Notes under the pieces: model-generated
The model's database searches: none
What the model was told of the DNA's origin: nothing
Seen by the model: only the letters and a program-made list of their open reading frames with translations
Shown: positions 1 to 10,741 of the stretch, one piece after another
Layout: the number at the start of each line of letters is the position of its first letter
How positions within the stretch are numbered: position 1 is the stretch's first letter
Translations under genes and position numbers: made by a program
Assembly (NCBI GenBank): GCA_027490985.1
Contig: JAIXXC010000153.1
Span: forward strand, 20,592 to 84,591
Source of the DNA: Verrucomicrobiales bacterium
GTDB lineage: Bacteria > Verrucomicrobiota > Verrucomicrobiia > Limisphaerales > UBA9464
Length of the DNA: 64,000 nt
Direction of reading: 5' to 3'

Positions 1-1368
1 GATGGCCGTACTCTTGATGACCGCACCCTCCGGAGCCAAGTTGCCCCGCGGAAATGTCACCGTGCTGGTGAGGCCGCGCTCCCGGGCCAGAGCCGGCGGC
101 AGGATGACCGAATCGGCATCCACGCCGTCCAAGTCGAACAACCGCTGCCGCAGCATGGAACGACGCTCGGAGCGCGCCCACGCCTCGAGCGTGTCTCCGA
201 GTCGATCGCCCGTCGCCGTGAGGGCGTCGAGCTCGAGCAACCCGAGGTCCCGCAGATGCAGCATCACCTCGGGCACGCCGCCCGCAAGGAACGCCCGCAC
301 CGTGGGATGGTGGGTCGGCCCATTGGGCATCACGCTGACCAGTCGGGGCGTGCGGCGGTTGATGGCGATCCAATCGTCCACCGTGGGCCGACGCAGACCG
401 GCCGCATGGGCGATGGCCGGGATGTGCAACAGCAGGTTGGTCGATCCGCCGAAAGCCGCATGCACGGTCATGGCGTTGCGCAACGCGGCGTCGGTCAGGA
501 CCGCCCGCGTGGTCAGGCCCGCCGCTTCGCGAGCCATCAGCGCACGAGCGGAGTCGCGGGCCAACTGCATCCAGATCGGCTCGCCACTCGGGGCCAGCGC
601 CGAATGCGGCAGGGCCAGGCCCAGCGCCTCGGCCACCACCTGCGACGTGGCCGCCGTCCCGAGGAACTGGCACCCGCCCCCCGGCGTCCCGCAGGCGCGG
701 CACCCCAGGTCGGCCGCTTCGTCCAACGTGACCAGGCCATGCGAGAATCGGGCTCCGAGGGTTTGGACCGTGCCGGCATCTTCGCCACGCTCCGGCGGCA
801 ACGTGACTCCGCCGGGGACGAGCACCGTCGGCAGGTCCGATTGTGCGGCCAGGGCCATCATCATGGCGGGCAAGCCCTTGTCGCAGGTGGCCACACCGAG
901 CACTCCCACCCGCTGGGGCAGGGATCGGATCAACCGCCGGAAGACGATGGCCGCGTCATTGCGATACGGCAGACTGTCGAACATGCCCACCGTGCCTTGG
1001 GTGCGGCCATCGCAGGGATCGGAAACACACGCGGCGAAAGGCAGCGCCTTGCCCTCGCGGAAGGTTTCGGCGGCCGCCCACGAGAGGAGACCAATCTCCC
1101 AATGCCCCGTGTGATAACCCAGCGCGATGGGGCGCCCATCCTCGGCCCGGATGCCGCCCTGGGTGCTGAGGATGAGGAACTGCTTGCGGCCCAGTTCGGA
1201 CGGGTTCCATCCCATGCCCGCATTCTGAGTCATGCCGAAGAGGTCCCCGCTGGGGGCCTCGCGCAGCATCGCCTCGGTCAGCGGGAGTTTGCCGGCCGGA
1301 CCCGGCCCTCGGGTCCGCAGGCGCGCCAGGGCCTCCGGAAAGGGCCCGAAGAGTTCAGCAGCGGTCAT
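1..1368 (-). CDS. IlvD/Edd-family sugar-acid dehydratase, YjhG/YagF (D-xylonate dehydratase)-like. The first 456 codons are present; the C-terminus lies beyond the window edge
   Basis: Absent from the ORF track because there is no stop inside the window. My own minus-strand translation from the ATG at 1368-1366 is open to position 1. It reads [10 protein letters not shown]...[29 protein letters not shown]...[38 protein letters not shown]...[15 protein letters not shown]...[22 protein letters not shown]...[18 protein letters not shown]...[10 protein letters not shown]. These are conserved IlvD/Edd blocks and, from memory, are closest to E. coli YjhG/YagF. The + ORF 2..1114 is its antisense shadow. 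Confidence 0.85.
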   Translation of the reverse strand, partial: MTAAELFGPFPEALARLRTRGPGPAGKLPLTEAMLREAPSGDLFGMTQNAGMGWNPSELGRKQFLILSTQGGIRAEDGRPIALGYHTGHWEIGLLSWAAAETFREGKALPFAACVSDPCDGRTQGTVGMFDSLPYRNDAAIVFRRLIRSLPQRVGVLGVATCDKGLPAMMMALAAQSDLPTVLVPGGVTLPPERGEDAGTVQTLGARFSHGLVTLDEAADLGCRACGTPGGGCQFLGTAATSQVVAEALGLALPHSALAPSGEPIWMQLARDSARALMAREAAGLTTRAVLTDAALRNAMTVHAAFGGSTNLLLHIPAIAHAAGLRRPTVDDWIAINRRTPRLVSVMPNGPTHHPTVRAFLAGGVPEVMLHLRDLGLLELDALTATGDRLGDTLEAWARSERRSMLRQRLFDLDGVDADSVILPPALARERGLTSTVTFPRGNLAPEGAVIKSTAI

Positions 1369-1497
1369 GGTCGGACCAACAGCACCCCGATTGGGCCCAC
1401 CGGGCAAGCCCTGAAGAACCGGCGCCCCACTTTCGGACCCGCTCCGCCGAGCGGAGTCACCGGGGCCGGCACCGGGCCGGGCACCGGTCTCGGTCCT

Positions 1498-2814
1498 TCA
1501 GATGGCGAAGTCGTTGTACTCGGGTTTCACGGCTTCGAGGGGCGGGTTCAGCATGCCGGCGGCGACGGTCGCATTGGAACCCTGCTCCACCAGAATGAAG
1601 GCTCCGGTCAAGCGGTTGGTGCCGTAACCGTCGAAGACGACGGGCTTGGCCGTCTTGATGCGGATCTCGCCGATGTCGTTCATCGCCAGCTCGGCCGGTT
1701 CCGGCTCCGATTCGAAGGTCTGGATGTTGATGCGGGTCTCCAGCGAGGAGACCACGGCCTGCACCGTCTGCGTGGCGTGCTTGAGGAAGTACTTGCGACC
1801 CTTCTGCAGCGGGCGCGGATTCATCCAGCACACCTTGGCCAGCAGGTCCTGCGACATGCCCGGCAACGAATCGAGACCCACGATCATGTCACCCCGGCTG
1901 ACATCCAGATCATGCGCCAATTGCAGGGTCACGCTCTGGGGGCAGAAGGCCTCTTCGAGAGTGCCGTCGAGGGTCCAGATCTTCTGGATGGTGCTCTTGA
2001 GGCCGCTGGGCAGCACCATGACCCGCTGACCCACCCGGACGATGCCGCTGGCGATCTGGCCGCTGAGACCGCGGAAATCATGGAGCTGGGGATCGGTGGG
2101 GTTGTTGGGACGATTGACCCACTGCACGGGGAACCGGAGGCCCTGAAGGTTCCAGTCGCTGGCGATGTGCACGCTTTCCAGGTGGCCGAGCAGCGTCGGC
2201 CCGGAATACCACGGGGTGTGCGGGGAGGGATCCACCACGTTGTCGCCATTGAGGGCGCTCAAGGGGATGAACTTCACATCCTTGATGTCGAGGCGTGGCA
2301 GGAAGCTCTCGAAGGTGTCGCGGATCTCGTTGAAGCGGGCTTCGGACCAACCCACCAGATCCATCTTGTTGACCGCGATCACCAGGTGCGGGATCCGCAG
2401 CAGCGAGGCCAGGTAGGTGTGACGGCGGGATTGTTCGATGACTCCCTGGCGGGCATCGACCAGCACGATCGACAGATTCGCCGTCGAGGCGCCCGTGACC
2501 ATGTTGCGGGTGTACTGCACATGGCCCGGGGTGTCGGCCACGATGAACTTGCGCCGCGGCGTGGCGAAGTAGCGGTAGGCGACATCGATGGTGATGCCCT
2601 GCTCGCGCTCGGCCCGGAGTCCGTCGGTCAGGTTGGCGAGGTTGATCTGGCCGCCACCAGTGATGTCGGCGGAACGCTCCAGCGCCTCCAGCTGATCCTC
2701 CATGATCGACTTGGAGTCGTAGAGCAGCCGGCCGATGAGCGTGGACTTTCCATCGTCCACCGAGCCGCAGGTGTTGAAGCGCAACAATTCGATCGGATGA
2801 GTCGGGACAGACAT
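1498..2814 (-). CDS. cysN: Sulfate adenylyltransferase subunit 1 (CysN-type GTPase, no APS-kinase fusion)
   Basis: 438 aa. G1 motif GSVDDGKSTLIGRLL, then DGLRAEREQGITIDVAYRYF and DTPGH, NKMD, and EF-Tu-like domains II/III. Confidence 0.85.
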   Translation of the reverse strand: MSVPTHPIELLRFNTCGSVDDGKSTLIGRLLYDSKSIMEDQLEALERSADITGGGQINLANLTDGLRAEREQGITIDVAYRYFATPRRKFIVADTPGHVQYTRNMVTGASTANLSIVLVDARQGVIEQSRRHTYLASLLRIPHLVIAVNKMDLVGWSEARFNEIRDTFESFLPRLDIKDVKFIPLSALNGDNVVDPSPHTPWYSGPTLLGHLESVHIASDWNLQGLRFPVQWVNRPNNPTDPQLHDFRGLSGQIASGIVRVGQRVMVLPSGLKSTIQKIWTLDGTLEEAFCPQSVTLQLAHDLDVSRGDMIVGLDSLPGMSQDLLAKVCWMNPRPLQKGRKYFLKHATQTVQAVVSSLETRINIQTFESEPEPAELAMNDIGEIRIKTAKPVVFDGYGTNRLTGAFILVEQGSNATVAAGMLNPPLEAVKPEYNDFAI

Positions 2815-3056
2815 GACCAGAGAGCCGATTGAAAGGGATCGGGGTCAAAGGCGCACGTCAGAAAAGAGGCCTGCGCGGGAACGGGGCATTCCCGAGGGGC
2901 CGCGGGTGGGGGCCTGCGCTCGCAGGAAGGCTCGAACGAGGCTCGGCCTTTGCGCTGCGCGCGAGGGCTGGGGTGATCGCCTTCAGTGCTCGCTCCGACC
3001 CCCACCCGCTGCTGCCTGGATCAGGCAAGGTGCCCAAGGGCCGGTCGAAGGAGCGG

Positions 3057-4667
3057 TCAACGGGTCTGGTTGCGCAGGATGAGCACCGAGGGGCCTTTCT
3101 CGCGCCAGAGGCCCTTGAGCTTGTCGGGCACCGGGGTGGGCATCTCGATGAGGGAGCCCAGCACCAGATCGTCGTCGCCGTCGCCATCCAGGTCGCCGGC
3201 ATCCAGTGAAATCCAACGGCCGGTGACCGCCTGGCGCAAGGTCCGGGGCTTGAAGTTCAACGCTCGGGAGCCTTGGTCGCCGAGGTTCTCGAAATAGAGA
3301 AATCCCGCTTGGGGCGCGGTCTCGTAGTCGGCGAAGAACGAGGCGGCGGCGATGTCGAGATCGCCGTCACCATCGAAATCCCGGGCGACCGCGCGATAGG
3401 CGCCGTGCATCGGAGCCGTCCAGGCCGATTCCCAGGTCAGGCCGCCGCGGTTCAGGTAGATCCGAACCCCGTGGTACGCCTTGTGGGGGGAGGTGTTGAA
3501 GTCGGCGTTGTCGCCGTTGGTGATCAGGACATCCAGCAGGCCGTCGCGGTTGAAGTCGGCCAGTTCAAAACCCGAATGGCCCCAACTCGGCGGGCGCTGA
3601 TAGACGAGTTGCCGTCGAAACTTCCCGCCCCCTTCGTTGACGAAGAGCAGCAACGACTCGCGGGCCTGCGCCTGAAGCACCATCAAGTCGGGCAGACCAT
3701 CGGCATTGAAGTCCCGGATTTCGCACCGGAGGCATCCCGGCTCCGGCAGGATCACCCGCTCGGTGAAGCCTCCATCGGCGCGTCCTTCCAACCACGACAG
3801 GCGCCCCAGATAATTGCCGAAGGCGCAGAGCACCAGATCCTCCCGACCATCCCCATTGAGGTCGCCGGCGGCCACATGGGATACCCGCGGCAGCCCCGAC
3901 AGGATGGGCTCCGGCCGCAGCGGCGTGGCGGCGCGGTTCAACCGGATCAATTGACCCACCGGTTCTTCGCGAGGGAAGAAGTGTCCAATGGCCCCGATGT
4001 ACCACTGGCGCCCGCTTTCCGCGAGACTCACAGCGATGTTGCCCAGCGGCACGCTGCCCAGCAGGCGACCCGACCCGTCCAGAAAATCCAGGCTCTGCGA
4101 TGTGGCATCGGAGGCGAGGATCATCCCCTGCCCGGCGTCGATCCGGACCAGGGGAGTCCGTGGCGGCGCAGAGCGATGGGGGGCCATCTCCGGACGGAAC
4201 AGCGGCAATCCGACCTCGATGGACTGCGGGTCGCCCGAAGACACCCGCTCGGGAGCGGCCTGGGTGTAATAGTCCGCGATCTGGTCGAACACGGCCGGGG
4301 GGATCAGCGGCTTCTTCGGAAAGTAGTCGGCGGCCACGAGCCGCGGCAGGTCGCGGAAATAGCCATTGGTCGGGGCCGCGGCCACCCCGGTGACATACCG
4401 CATCTTCGGCAGGAGTTCCTCGCTCCAGGTGCGCCGATCCAAATCCGAGGGATTCGGCAAGGCGTGGCAAAGCACACAGTAGATGGCCGCGGCTTTCCGT
4501 CCCGGAAGGTTCTCATGCGCCACCGCTGCCGACGTCGCGGGTGATCGGGGAACCGCCAGGGATTCAGGCGTGGCATCGGCTCTCCCCACCCAGGAAGAAC
4601 CCATGACGACGGCCAGCAACCAGACCACCCCGGTGCCGCTGAAAAGGGAACGCCGACTCGGACTCAA
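3057..4667 (-). CDS. Secreted FG-GAP/VCBS-repeat protein with an N-terminal CxxCH (c-type heme) motif
   Basis: 536 aa. Signal-like N-terminus (GVVWLLAVVMGSSW) and CVLCH at residues 64-68. Repeated Ca-binding FG-GAP loops: DLNGDGREDLV, DFNADGLPDLMV, DFNRDGLLDVLI, DFDGDGDLDIAA, GDLDGDGDDDLVLG. Confidence 0.7.
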   Translation of the reverse strand: MSPSRRSLFSGTGVVWLLAVVMGSSWVGRADATPESLAVPRSPATSAAVAHENLPGRKAAAIYCVLCHALPNPSDLDRRTWSEELLPKMRYVTGVAAAPTNGYFRDLPRLVAADYFPKKPLIPPAVFDQIADYYTQAAPERVSSGDPQSIEVGLPLFRPEMAPHRSAPPRTPLVRIDAGQGMILASDATSQSLDFLDGSGRLLGSVPLGNIAVSLAESGRQWYIGAIGHFFPREEPVGQLIRLNRAATPLRPEPILSGLPRVSHVAAGDLNGDGREDLVLCAFGNYLGRLSWLEGRADGGFTERVILPEPGCLRCEIRDFNADGLPDLMVLQAQARESLLLFVNEGGGKFRRQLVYQRPPSWGHSGFELADFNRDGLLDVLITNGDNADFNTSPHKAYHGVRIYLNRGGLTWESAWTAPMHGAYRAVARDFDGDGDLDIAAASFFADYETAPQAGFLYFENLGDQGSRALNFKPRTLRQAVTGRWISLDAGDLDGDGDDDLVLGSLIEMPTPVPDKLKGLWREKGPSVLILRNQTR

Positions 4668-4758
4668 GAGCCCGAGGCTAGGCGAATCGGGCCCGATGGA
4701 AAGAGCGGGTTGAGGGCCCTGCCCAAGTCGGATCAGACCGACGGAGACGGGCCGCGCG

Positions 4759-6237
4759 TCAATGTGCGGCCTTGGGGGCGGACGGTGCCGCCTTGTGCGA
4801 AAGACCCGCCACGGCGTGGTCGGCGATCTTCATCAGACCTTGGGGGAAGATGCCGAGAACCAGCATTCCAGCCACGCAGGCCAGCAGAACCACCCGGGTG
4901 GGCAGGGCCACGGGGATGGTCGAGAGATTCGCGGATTGCCCACCCCAGTAGATCGCTCGGATCACCCCGAAGTAGTAGTAGAGCGAGATCACCACGCCCA
5001 CGACCGCCACGGCGATCAAGGCATAGAGTTCGGGATGGCCCGGGGCGGCCTCGAGCACACTCTTGAAGAGCAGCACCTTGCCGAAGAAACCGGCCAGGGG
5101 CGGGATGCCGGCCAGGGAAACGAGGGCCATCGTCAAGACGGCGGCCAACAGCGGCGAGCGCTGACCCAGACCCGACAGGGCGCTGATGTCGTCGCTCTCC
5201 ACGTGATTGGCGATGGCGCTGATCACCGTGAAGGCCGCCAACACCGTGAAGGCGTACCCGGCGAGGTAGTACAGGATCGCCGTCGAGCCGGCGGCCGAAC
5301 CGGCCACGATGCCCAGCAACAGGTATCCCGCATTGGCGACAGACGAATACCCCATCAACCGTTTTAGGTTGCGCTGGGGAATCGCGCACAGACTCCCGTA
5401 CAGGATCGTGGCTCCCGACATCACCACGAAGAGCCGGTGCCATTCGGCGGCGATCTGGGGCACCGCACCGACCAGGAGCCGGATCAGGAGGACGAAACCG
5501 GCCGCCTTGGAACCGACGGCCAGGAAGGCGGTCGCAGGAGCCGGAGACCCCTGGTAGACATCGGGCGCCCACATCTGGAAGGGCACCGCGGCGATCTTGA
5601 AACCCAGACCCACGAGCACCAGCAGCAATCCGACGAGGAACAGCGCCGACTGACCCAATTCCTTCTGCTTGGCCGCGATCACCGCCAAATTGGTCGCATT
5701 GGCGGTCCCGAAGATGAGCGCGATGCCGAAGACCATGAAGGCCGAGGAGACACCGCCCAGGATGAGGTACTTCACGCCCGCCTCGAGCGAGACCGAGCGG
5801 GTCCGCTGGAAGCTGTTCAGCACGATGAAGGTCACCGTGATCAATTCCAGGCTGACGAAGAACAGCACCAGGTCGCTGGCCGAGGCGGCGAAGAGCATGC
5901 CGACCAGGGCGAAGAGGGTCAGCGCGAAGAACTCCGAGAGACCGGCTCCGAATTTCGGGGCGAAATCCACGGTCATGAGCACCACCGCCAGTGCGGCGAA
6001 CAGGAAGAACCCCTTGAAGTAGCGGGCCAGGTCATCCACCACGAACATGCCGGTGAAGGCCGAGCCCGACTGCGGCGCCAGCGATCCGACGGCGAAGGCC
6101 AGCAGGCAGCCCAACGCGGCGGCCAACCCGAGGCCCAGGGCCTTGCGGGTCGCGGGCGCGACCCACAGATCGGCCACCAGCACGGTCAGACCCAGCAGGA
6201 CGGCCAGGATTTCCAACGTAATCAGCGAATAATTCAT
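4759..6237 (-). CDS. nuoN: NADH-quinone oxidoreductase subunit N
   Basis: 492 aa polytopic membrane protein. It holds the last position of a colinear nuo cluster and has the typical antiporter-like subunit sequence. Confidence 0.9.
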   Translation of the reverse strand: MNYSLITLEILAVLLGLTVLVADLWVAPATRKALGLGLAAALGCLLAFAVGSLAPQSGSAFTGMFVVDDLARYFKGFFLFAALAVVLMTVDFAPKFGAGLSEFFALTLFALVGMLFAASASDLVLFFVSLELITVTFIVLNSFQRTRSVSLEAGVKYLILGGVSSAFMVFGIALIFGTANATNLAVIAAKQKELGQSALFLVGLLLVLVGLGFKIAAVPFQMWAPDVYQGSPAPATAFLAVGSKAAGFVLLIRLLVGAVPQIAAEWHRLFVVMSGATILYGSLCAIPQRNLKRLMGYSSVANAGYLLLGIVAGSAAGSTAILYYLAGYAFTVLAAFTVISAIANHVESDDISALSGLGQRSPLLAAVLTMALVSLAGIPPLAGFFGKVLLFKSVLEAAPGHPELYALIAVAVVGVVISLYYYFGVIRAIYWGGQSANLSTIPVALPTRVVLLACVAGMLVLGIFPQGLMKIADHAVAGLSHKAAPSAPKAAH

Positions 6238-6260
6238 GGCTGCAAAGGCTTGGTCTGCGC

Positions 6261-7820
6261 TCAGTGAGCGGAATGGGCCGGGGCGGCGTGCGAGGCCGGG
6301 TTGCCCGCCGGAACCGCCGGACTCTCGGCGGCCTGCGACGGCGTGAGGTGGGCTGCCACGACCCCCTTGGCGGCCGGTTCAATGCGGGAGGTCAGGATGC
6401 CCGGAGCGACTCCGAAGAGCACCAGGGCGCTCAAGAGCACCACGAAGGGCAGACGACGCCACCAACCCGCATCGAGAACCCGCGAGAACTCGGGCTTCTC
6501 GGGCCCCTGGAGGACCGCACGCAGCGCCCGAAGCATGGCGACCGCACCGATGATCAACCCGCTCCAGGCCGCGATGATCACCAGCCAGGGCAACGCTTTC
6601 CACGATCCGAAGAGAACGGTGGCTTCACCGGCGAAGTTGGCGAAACCCGGCAGTCCGCAACTCGCCATGAATCCCATGACCATCGCGGTGCCATAGAAGG
6701 GCATCCGGCGCATGAGCCCGCCCATGCGGGTCATGTCGAGGGTGCCGGTCTGGGACTCGAGATAGCCGCTCAAGGCGAAGCTCAGTCCGGCCAGGAGTGC
6801 GTGGGCCACCATCACCAGCACCGTGCCGGTGACCCCGATCACCGTGAGGCTGGCGATGCCCAGAAAGGCGAAACCCATGTGGGCCAGACTGGAGTTGCCG
6901 ATGAGCAGGTTCAGATCTTTCTGACGGAGAGCCACCCAGGCGCAGTGCAACAGATTTCCGACGGCCAGCACGGCCACCACCGGCAACCACCGATGGGCAC
7001 CGTCGGGCATGAGGGGCACGGCCACCCGCAGGATCGCATACAGGCCGGCCTTCTTGAGGATGCCCGCATGCATCATGGCCGTGGCCGTCGGAGCGGCGGC
7101 GTAGCCCACCGGAGCCCAGGAGTGGAAGGGGAACAGACCCACCAGCGTCGCGAAGCCGAACACCACCAACGGGAAGATCCAGGTCTGGGCGCTGGCCGAC
7201 AGCGGATGGGTCGCCAGGTGGGCCTTCAGCACGGTGACATCCAGGCTGTTGGCACCGGCGGCCACATAGAACGCGATCAGGCCGACCAGAGCGGTGAGCG
7301 CTCCGAGGGTCAGGTACAAGGTGATCTTGAAGGCGGCCCAGTTGCGGTCTTCACCGCGACCCCAGACGCCGATCATGATGAAGGTCGGAACCAGCGCCAA
7401 TTCGTTGAAGAAATAGAAGAAGATCAGGTCGAGCGAGGCGAAGGCTCCCATCGCACCGGCGATCATCAACAGGAGCAGCACGTAGAAGAGCTTCACATGC
7501 CGCTCGATGTTCCAGGACACCAGCACGGCGGCCAGACCCACCAGGCCCGTCACCAGGATCAAACCGATGTTCAGGCCGTCGGCTCCGACGTGATAGGCCA
7601 GATTGAGGGGTCCCACGGTCACCCACGGCACGAGCGACTCGAATTGCAGGCCCGCTTGACCGGCCTCGAAGCGGGAGAACAGCGAAACGGCCGTCCAGGC
7701 CGTCGCGGCGGAGCCCAGAATGGCCACCAAGCGCAGCACGACCCGGAAATTGCCCGGGATCAGCAACAGCAGCACGGCCGTGAAGACCGGGGTGAGGATG
7801 ACGGAGTTCAGGGAGTCCAT
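6261..7820 (-). CDS. nuoM: NADH-quinone oxidoreductase subunit M
   Basis: 519 aa antiporter-like membrane subunit located between nuoL and nuoN. It has a short hydrophilic C-terminal tail. Confidence 0.9.
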   Translation of the reverse strand: MDSLNSVILTPVFTAVLLLLIPGNFRVVLRLVAILGSAATAWTAVSLFSRFEAGQAGLQFESLVPWVTVGPLNLAYHVGADGLNIGLILVTGLVGLAAVLVSWNIERHVKLFYVLLLLMIAGAMGAFASLDLIFFYFFNELALVPTFIMIGVWGRGEDRNWAAFKITLYLTLGALTALVGLIAFYVAAGANSLDVTVLKAHLATHPLSASAQTWIFPLVVFGFATLVGLFPFHSWAPVGYAAAPTATAMMHAGILKKAGLYAILRVAVPLMPDGAHRWLPVVAVLAVGNLLHCAWVALRQKDLNLLIGNSSLAHMGFAFLGIASLTVIGVTGTVLVMVAHALLAGLSFALSGYLESQTGTLDMTRMGGLMRRMPFYGTAMVMGFMASCGLPGFANFAGEATVLFGSWKALPWLVIIAAWSGLIIGAVAMLRALRAVLQGPEKPEFSRVLDAGWWRRLPFVVLLSALVLFGVAPGILTSRIEPAAKGVVAAHLTPSQAAESPAVPAGNPASHAAPAHSAH

Positions 7821-7825
7821 GGCGG

Positions 7826-9781
7826 TTACTTCAGGGCAAGGAGAACGATGAGGAGGACGCCGGCCGTGAACAGGAAGGCGTAAGTCTGGATGCTACCGGT
7901 CTGGACCAGGCGGAGGGCCCGGCCGGCGATCTCCACCACACCGGAGAGGCCGCGGACGGCCAGCCCGGCAATCAGCCAGCGATCGATGGCGTCAGCCACC
8001 TGGGACAAGAGGTTGTGGATCGGAACCACGATGCCGTCGTAGATCTCGTCGATGTAGAACCGGTTGCGCATGGCCTGCGAGAGCAGGCCCAGTTTGGGCG
8101 ACAGGGGATCCTGGGTCGGGGATTTTCCGTACAACGAATAGGCCAGCGAGAATCCGAAGAGGGCCGCACCCAGACCGAAGAAGGCGGCGATGGGGTTGTG
8201 GTTGAACGGTCCGAACAAGATGTCGCCCCCGTGGGCCGCGTGGCCCGGCTTGAAATGGCCGCTGAGGAACTCACCGAGCGGCAGCCAGGCGATGAAGGCA
8301 CTGGGCACGGCCAATACGAGCAGCGGCACGGTCATGCTCGCCGGCGACTCATGGGCGTGATCGGCCCCCTCGCCGCGGGGTTTACCGAAGAAGGCCACGA
8401 GCACCAAGCGGCTCATGTAGAAGGTGGTCAGCACGGTCACCAGCACTCCCACCCCGAAGAAGATGGGGTTGGCTTCGAGGGCCACGGCCAGGATCTCGTC
8501 CTTGGAGTAGAATCCGCTGAAGGGCGGCAGACCGGCCAAGGCGGCGGTGCCCAGGGCGAAGGTCCAAAAGGTCTTGGGCATTTTGGTGCGCAGGCCACCC
8601 ATCTTCCAGATGTCCTGCTCGTGGTGGCAGGCGTGGATGACCGACCCAGCGCCGAGGAAGAGCATCGCCTTGAAACCGGCGTGGGTGACCAGGTGGTACA
8701 TCGAGGCCGAGGCATCCCCGGTCTTGGCCCCCAATCCCACGGCCATGACCATCAGGCCCAACTGGGACAAGGTGGAATAGGCGAGGATGCGCTTGATGTC
8801 GTCTTGCTGCACGGCGATCACGGCCGCGAACAGGGCGGTGAACCCACCGATGCACGTGATGATCGTGGCCGCCGAGAGCCCGTCGAGGAATCCCAGCGCC
8901 GCCGGCCAACCCGGGGTCGCGGTGTACAGGAAGAACAGACGGCACAGCATGTACACACCGGCCGCGACCATGGTGGCCGCATGGATCAGGGCCGACACGG
9001 GCGTCGGACCTTCCATGGCGTCGGGCAACCAGACATGCAGCGGGAACTGGGCGCTCTTGCCCATCGCACCCATGAAGATCAGCAACCCGGCCAGACCGGC
9101 CCAGGGACCGAGCAACGCCGGATTGGCGATGAACTGGGCCTTCAACGCGGCGATGTCGAGAGTACCGGCCACACTCCAGATGGCCAGGATGCCCAGCATG
9201 AATCCGAAGTCGCCGATGCGGTTGGTGAGGAAGGCCTTTTTCGAGGCGTCACCGGCCGAGGGTTTCTCGTACCAGAACCCGATCAGCAAGTAGGACGACA
9301 CACCCACCAACTCCCAGAACACGAAGAGCATGAGCAGGTTGTTCGCCAGCACGATGCCCAGCATCGAGAAGACGAAGAGGCTCAGCGTGGAGAAAAACCG
9401 GGTGTAGGAGCGGTCTTCATGCATGTAGCCCGTGGAGTAGATCATCACCAGCGAGGCCACCCCGGTCACCACCAGGAGCATGAGCGTGGACAGGGCGTCG
9501 AGGTGCAGGCCGATCTGGGCATCGAGCCCGGCCACCGAGAGCCAGTGGAAGGGCGTGGCATCGGCCGACTGGCCGCCGAAGAGGCAGAAGAGGGTGAAAC
9601 TCAGCAGGAAGGCGACGACCACCCCGCTGATGTTGAAGACCGCCGAGAGCGTGCGGTTCTTGGGGATGAGGACGGCCGTCCCGAAGGCCATCACCAGCGG
9701 CAGGACGAGGATCGCCCAGGCCAGATCCTGGATCTTGGAGCCGGATTCAACGGCATGCTGTGCTACGGCGGCGTGTTCCAT
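7826..9781 (-). CDS. nuoL: NADH-quinone oxidoreductase subunit L
   Basis: 651 aa, the largest antiporter-like subunit. Position and sequence are typical (WELVGVSSYLLIGFW, long C-terminal lateral-helix region). Confidence 0.9.
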   Translation of the reverse strand: MEHAAVAQHAVESGSKIQDLAWAILVLPLVMAFGTAVLIPKNRTLSAVFNISGVVVAFLLSFTLFCLFGGQSADATPFHWLSVAGLDAQIGLHLDALSTLMLLVVTGVASLVMIYSTGYMHEDRSYTRFFSTLSLFVFSMLGIVLANNLLMLFVFWELVGVSSYLLIGFWYEKPSAGDASKKAFLTNRIGDFGFMLGILAIWSVAGTLDIAALKAQFIANPALLGPWAGLAGLLIFMGAMGKSAQFPLHVWLPDAMEGPTPVSALIHAATMVAAGVYMLCRLFFLYTATPGWPAALGFLDGLSAATIITCIGGFTALFAAVIAVQQDDIKRILAYSTLSQLGLMVMAVGLGAKTGDASASMYHLVTHAGFKAMLFLGAGSVIHACHHEQDIWKMGGLRTKMPKTFWTFALGTAALAGLPPFSGFYSKDEILAVALEANPIFFGVGVLVTVLTTFYMSRLVLVAFFGKPRGEGADHAHESPASMTVPLLVLAVPSAFIAWLPLGEFLSGHFKPGHAAHGGDILFGPFNHNPIAAFFGLGAALFGFSLAYSLYGKSPTQDPLSPKLGLLSQAMRNRFYIDEIYDGIVVPIHNLLSQVADAIDRWLIAGLAVRGLSGVVEIAGRALRLVQTGSIQTYAFLFTAGVLLIVLLALK

Positions 9782-9790
9782 GGCGGTCGA

Positions 9791-10096
9791 TCAGAGTTTC
9801 AGGGAAGTCAGGTCTTCCACATGCGCCGTCTGGCGCTTGCGGTACAGCGCCACGAGGAGCGCGAGGCCCACAGCCACCTCGGCTGCGGCGACGGTGATGA
9901 TGAAGAACACCATCACCTGGCCATTGAGGTTGTTGTGGTAGCGGGAGAAGGCCACCAGGGCGAGGTTGGCCGCGTTGAGCATCAGTTCGAGACCCATGAA
10001 GATCACGAAGAGGTTGCGGCGTGCGACCACGCCCAGCAGGCCCAGGCTGAAGAGCAGCGCGCTGACGATCAGGTAGTGGTGGAGTCCGGGAGTCAC
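9791..10096 (-). CDS. nuoK: NADH-quinone oxidoreductase subunit K
   Basis: 101 aa with three TM helices, [16 protein letters not shown] motif. Confidence 0.9.
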   Translation of the reverse strand: MTPGLHHYLIVSALLFSLGLLGVVARRNLFVIFMGLELMLNAANLALVAFSRYHNNLNGQVMVFFIITVAAAEVAVGLALLVALYRKRQTAHVEDLTSLKL

Positions 10097-10160
10097 GGGA
10101 GAATCGGGTTCGGGTGGGTCGTCGCGCTCGGGCGGGTCGGGGTCTGGGATCCGGGGTGCT

Positions 10161-10673
10161 TCAACGGAGGTCCTTCTTGGTGATCAGGATCGCCCCGACG
10201 GTGGCGACGAGCAGCAGGACCGAGAGGATCTCGAAGGGCAGCAGGTGGGACTCGAAGAGCAGGCGTCCCAGGGCCTTGGTTTCGCCCTCGGCCAACCGGC
10301 CCGCGCCGGTCGCGACCGGGACGGTCTTGACGATCGACGCCACCAGGGTGCCCGCGATGGCCAGGGCCGACAGTCCGCCCAGACCCACGGCGATCTTGTT
10401 GAAATGCCGCCGTTCATCCTCCTTGAGGTCGAGGAGCATGATCACGAAGAGGAACACCACCATGACCGCGCCCGCATAGACGAGCACCTGGACCGCGGCG
10501 AGGAAGAAGGCGTGCAGCAGCACGAAGAGCCCGGCCATCGACATGATGGTCAGCACCAGGAACATCGCGCTGGTGACCGGATTGCGGCTCAGGGGATTGA
10601 GCACCGTGAGGAACCCGAAGAGCAGGGTGAGTCCGGCCAGCGCGTAGAAGAGAAGATCGGTGAACTGGGGCAT
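10161..10673 (-). CDS. nuoJ: NADH-quinone oxidoreductase subunit J
   Basis: The track ORF 10161..10955 was trimmed to the internal ATG at 10673 ([27 protein letters not shown]...). The upstream 94 codons are Arg/Pro/Gly-rich and overlap nuoI. Confidence 0.85.
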   Translation of the reverse strand: MPQFTDLLFYALAGLTLLFGFLTVLNPLSRNPVTSAMFLVLTIMSMAGLFVLLHAFFLAAVQVLVYAGAVMVVFLFVIMLLDLKEDERRHFNKIAVGLGGLSALAIAGTLVASIVKTVPVATGAGRLAEGETKALGRLLFESHLLPFEILSVLLLVATVGAILITKKDLR

Positions 10674-10741
10674 GTCGGGAAAGGGTGGGTCTCCGGCGGA
10701 TTCGGGTCTGGGAGCGTTGGAATCTCGGGGCTGGGGCTTCT

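Noticed and set aside
256-2832. 858-aa + strand ORF spanning the dehydratase and cysN loci. Similar very long ORFs occur at 8015..10183, 11670..13277, 13431..15635, 16779..18416, 26015..28603, 32209..34308, 40675..42342, 51808..53757 and 58130..60664.
   Set aside because: All are antisense to genes with unmistakable family signatures. Their translations are low-complexity and rich in Arg, Gly, His, Asp and Pro. These are the typical stop-free shadow frames of high-GC DNA.
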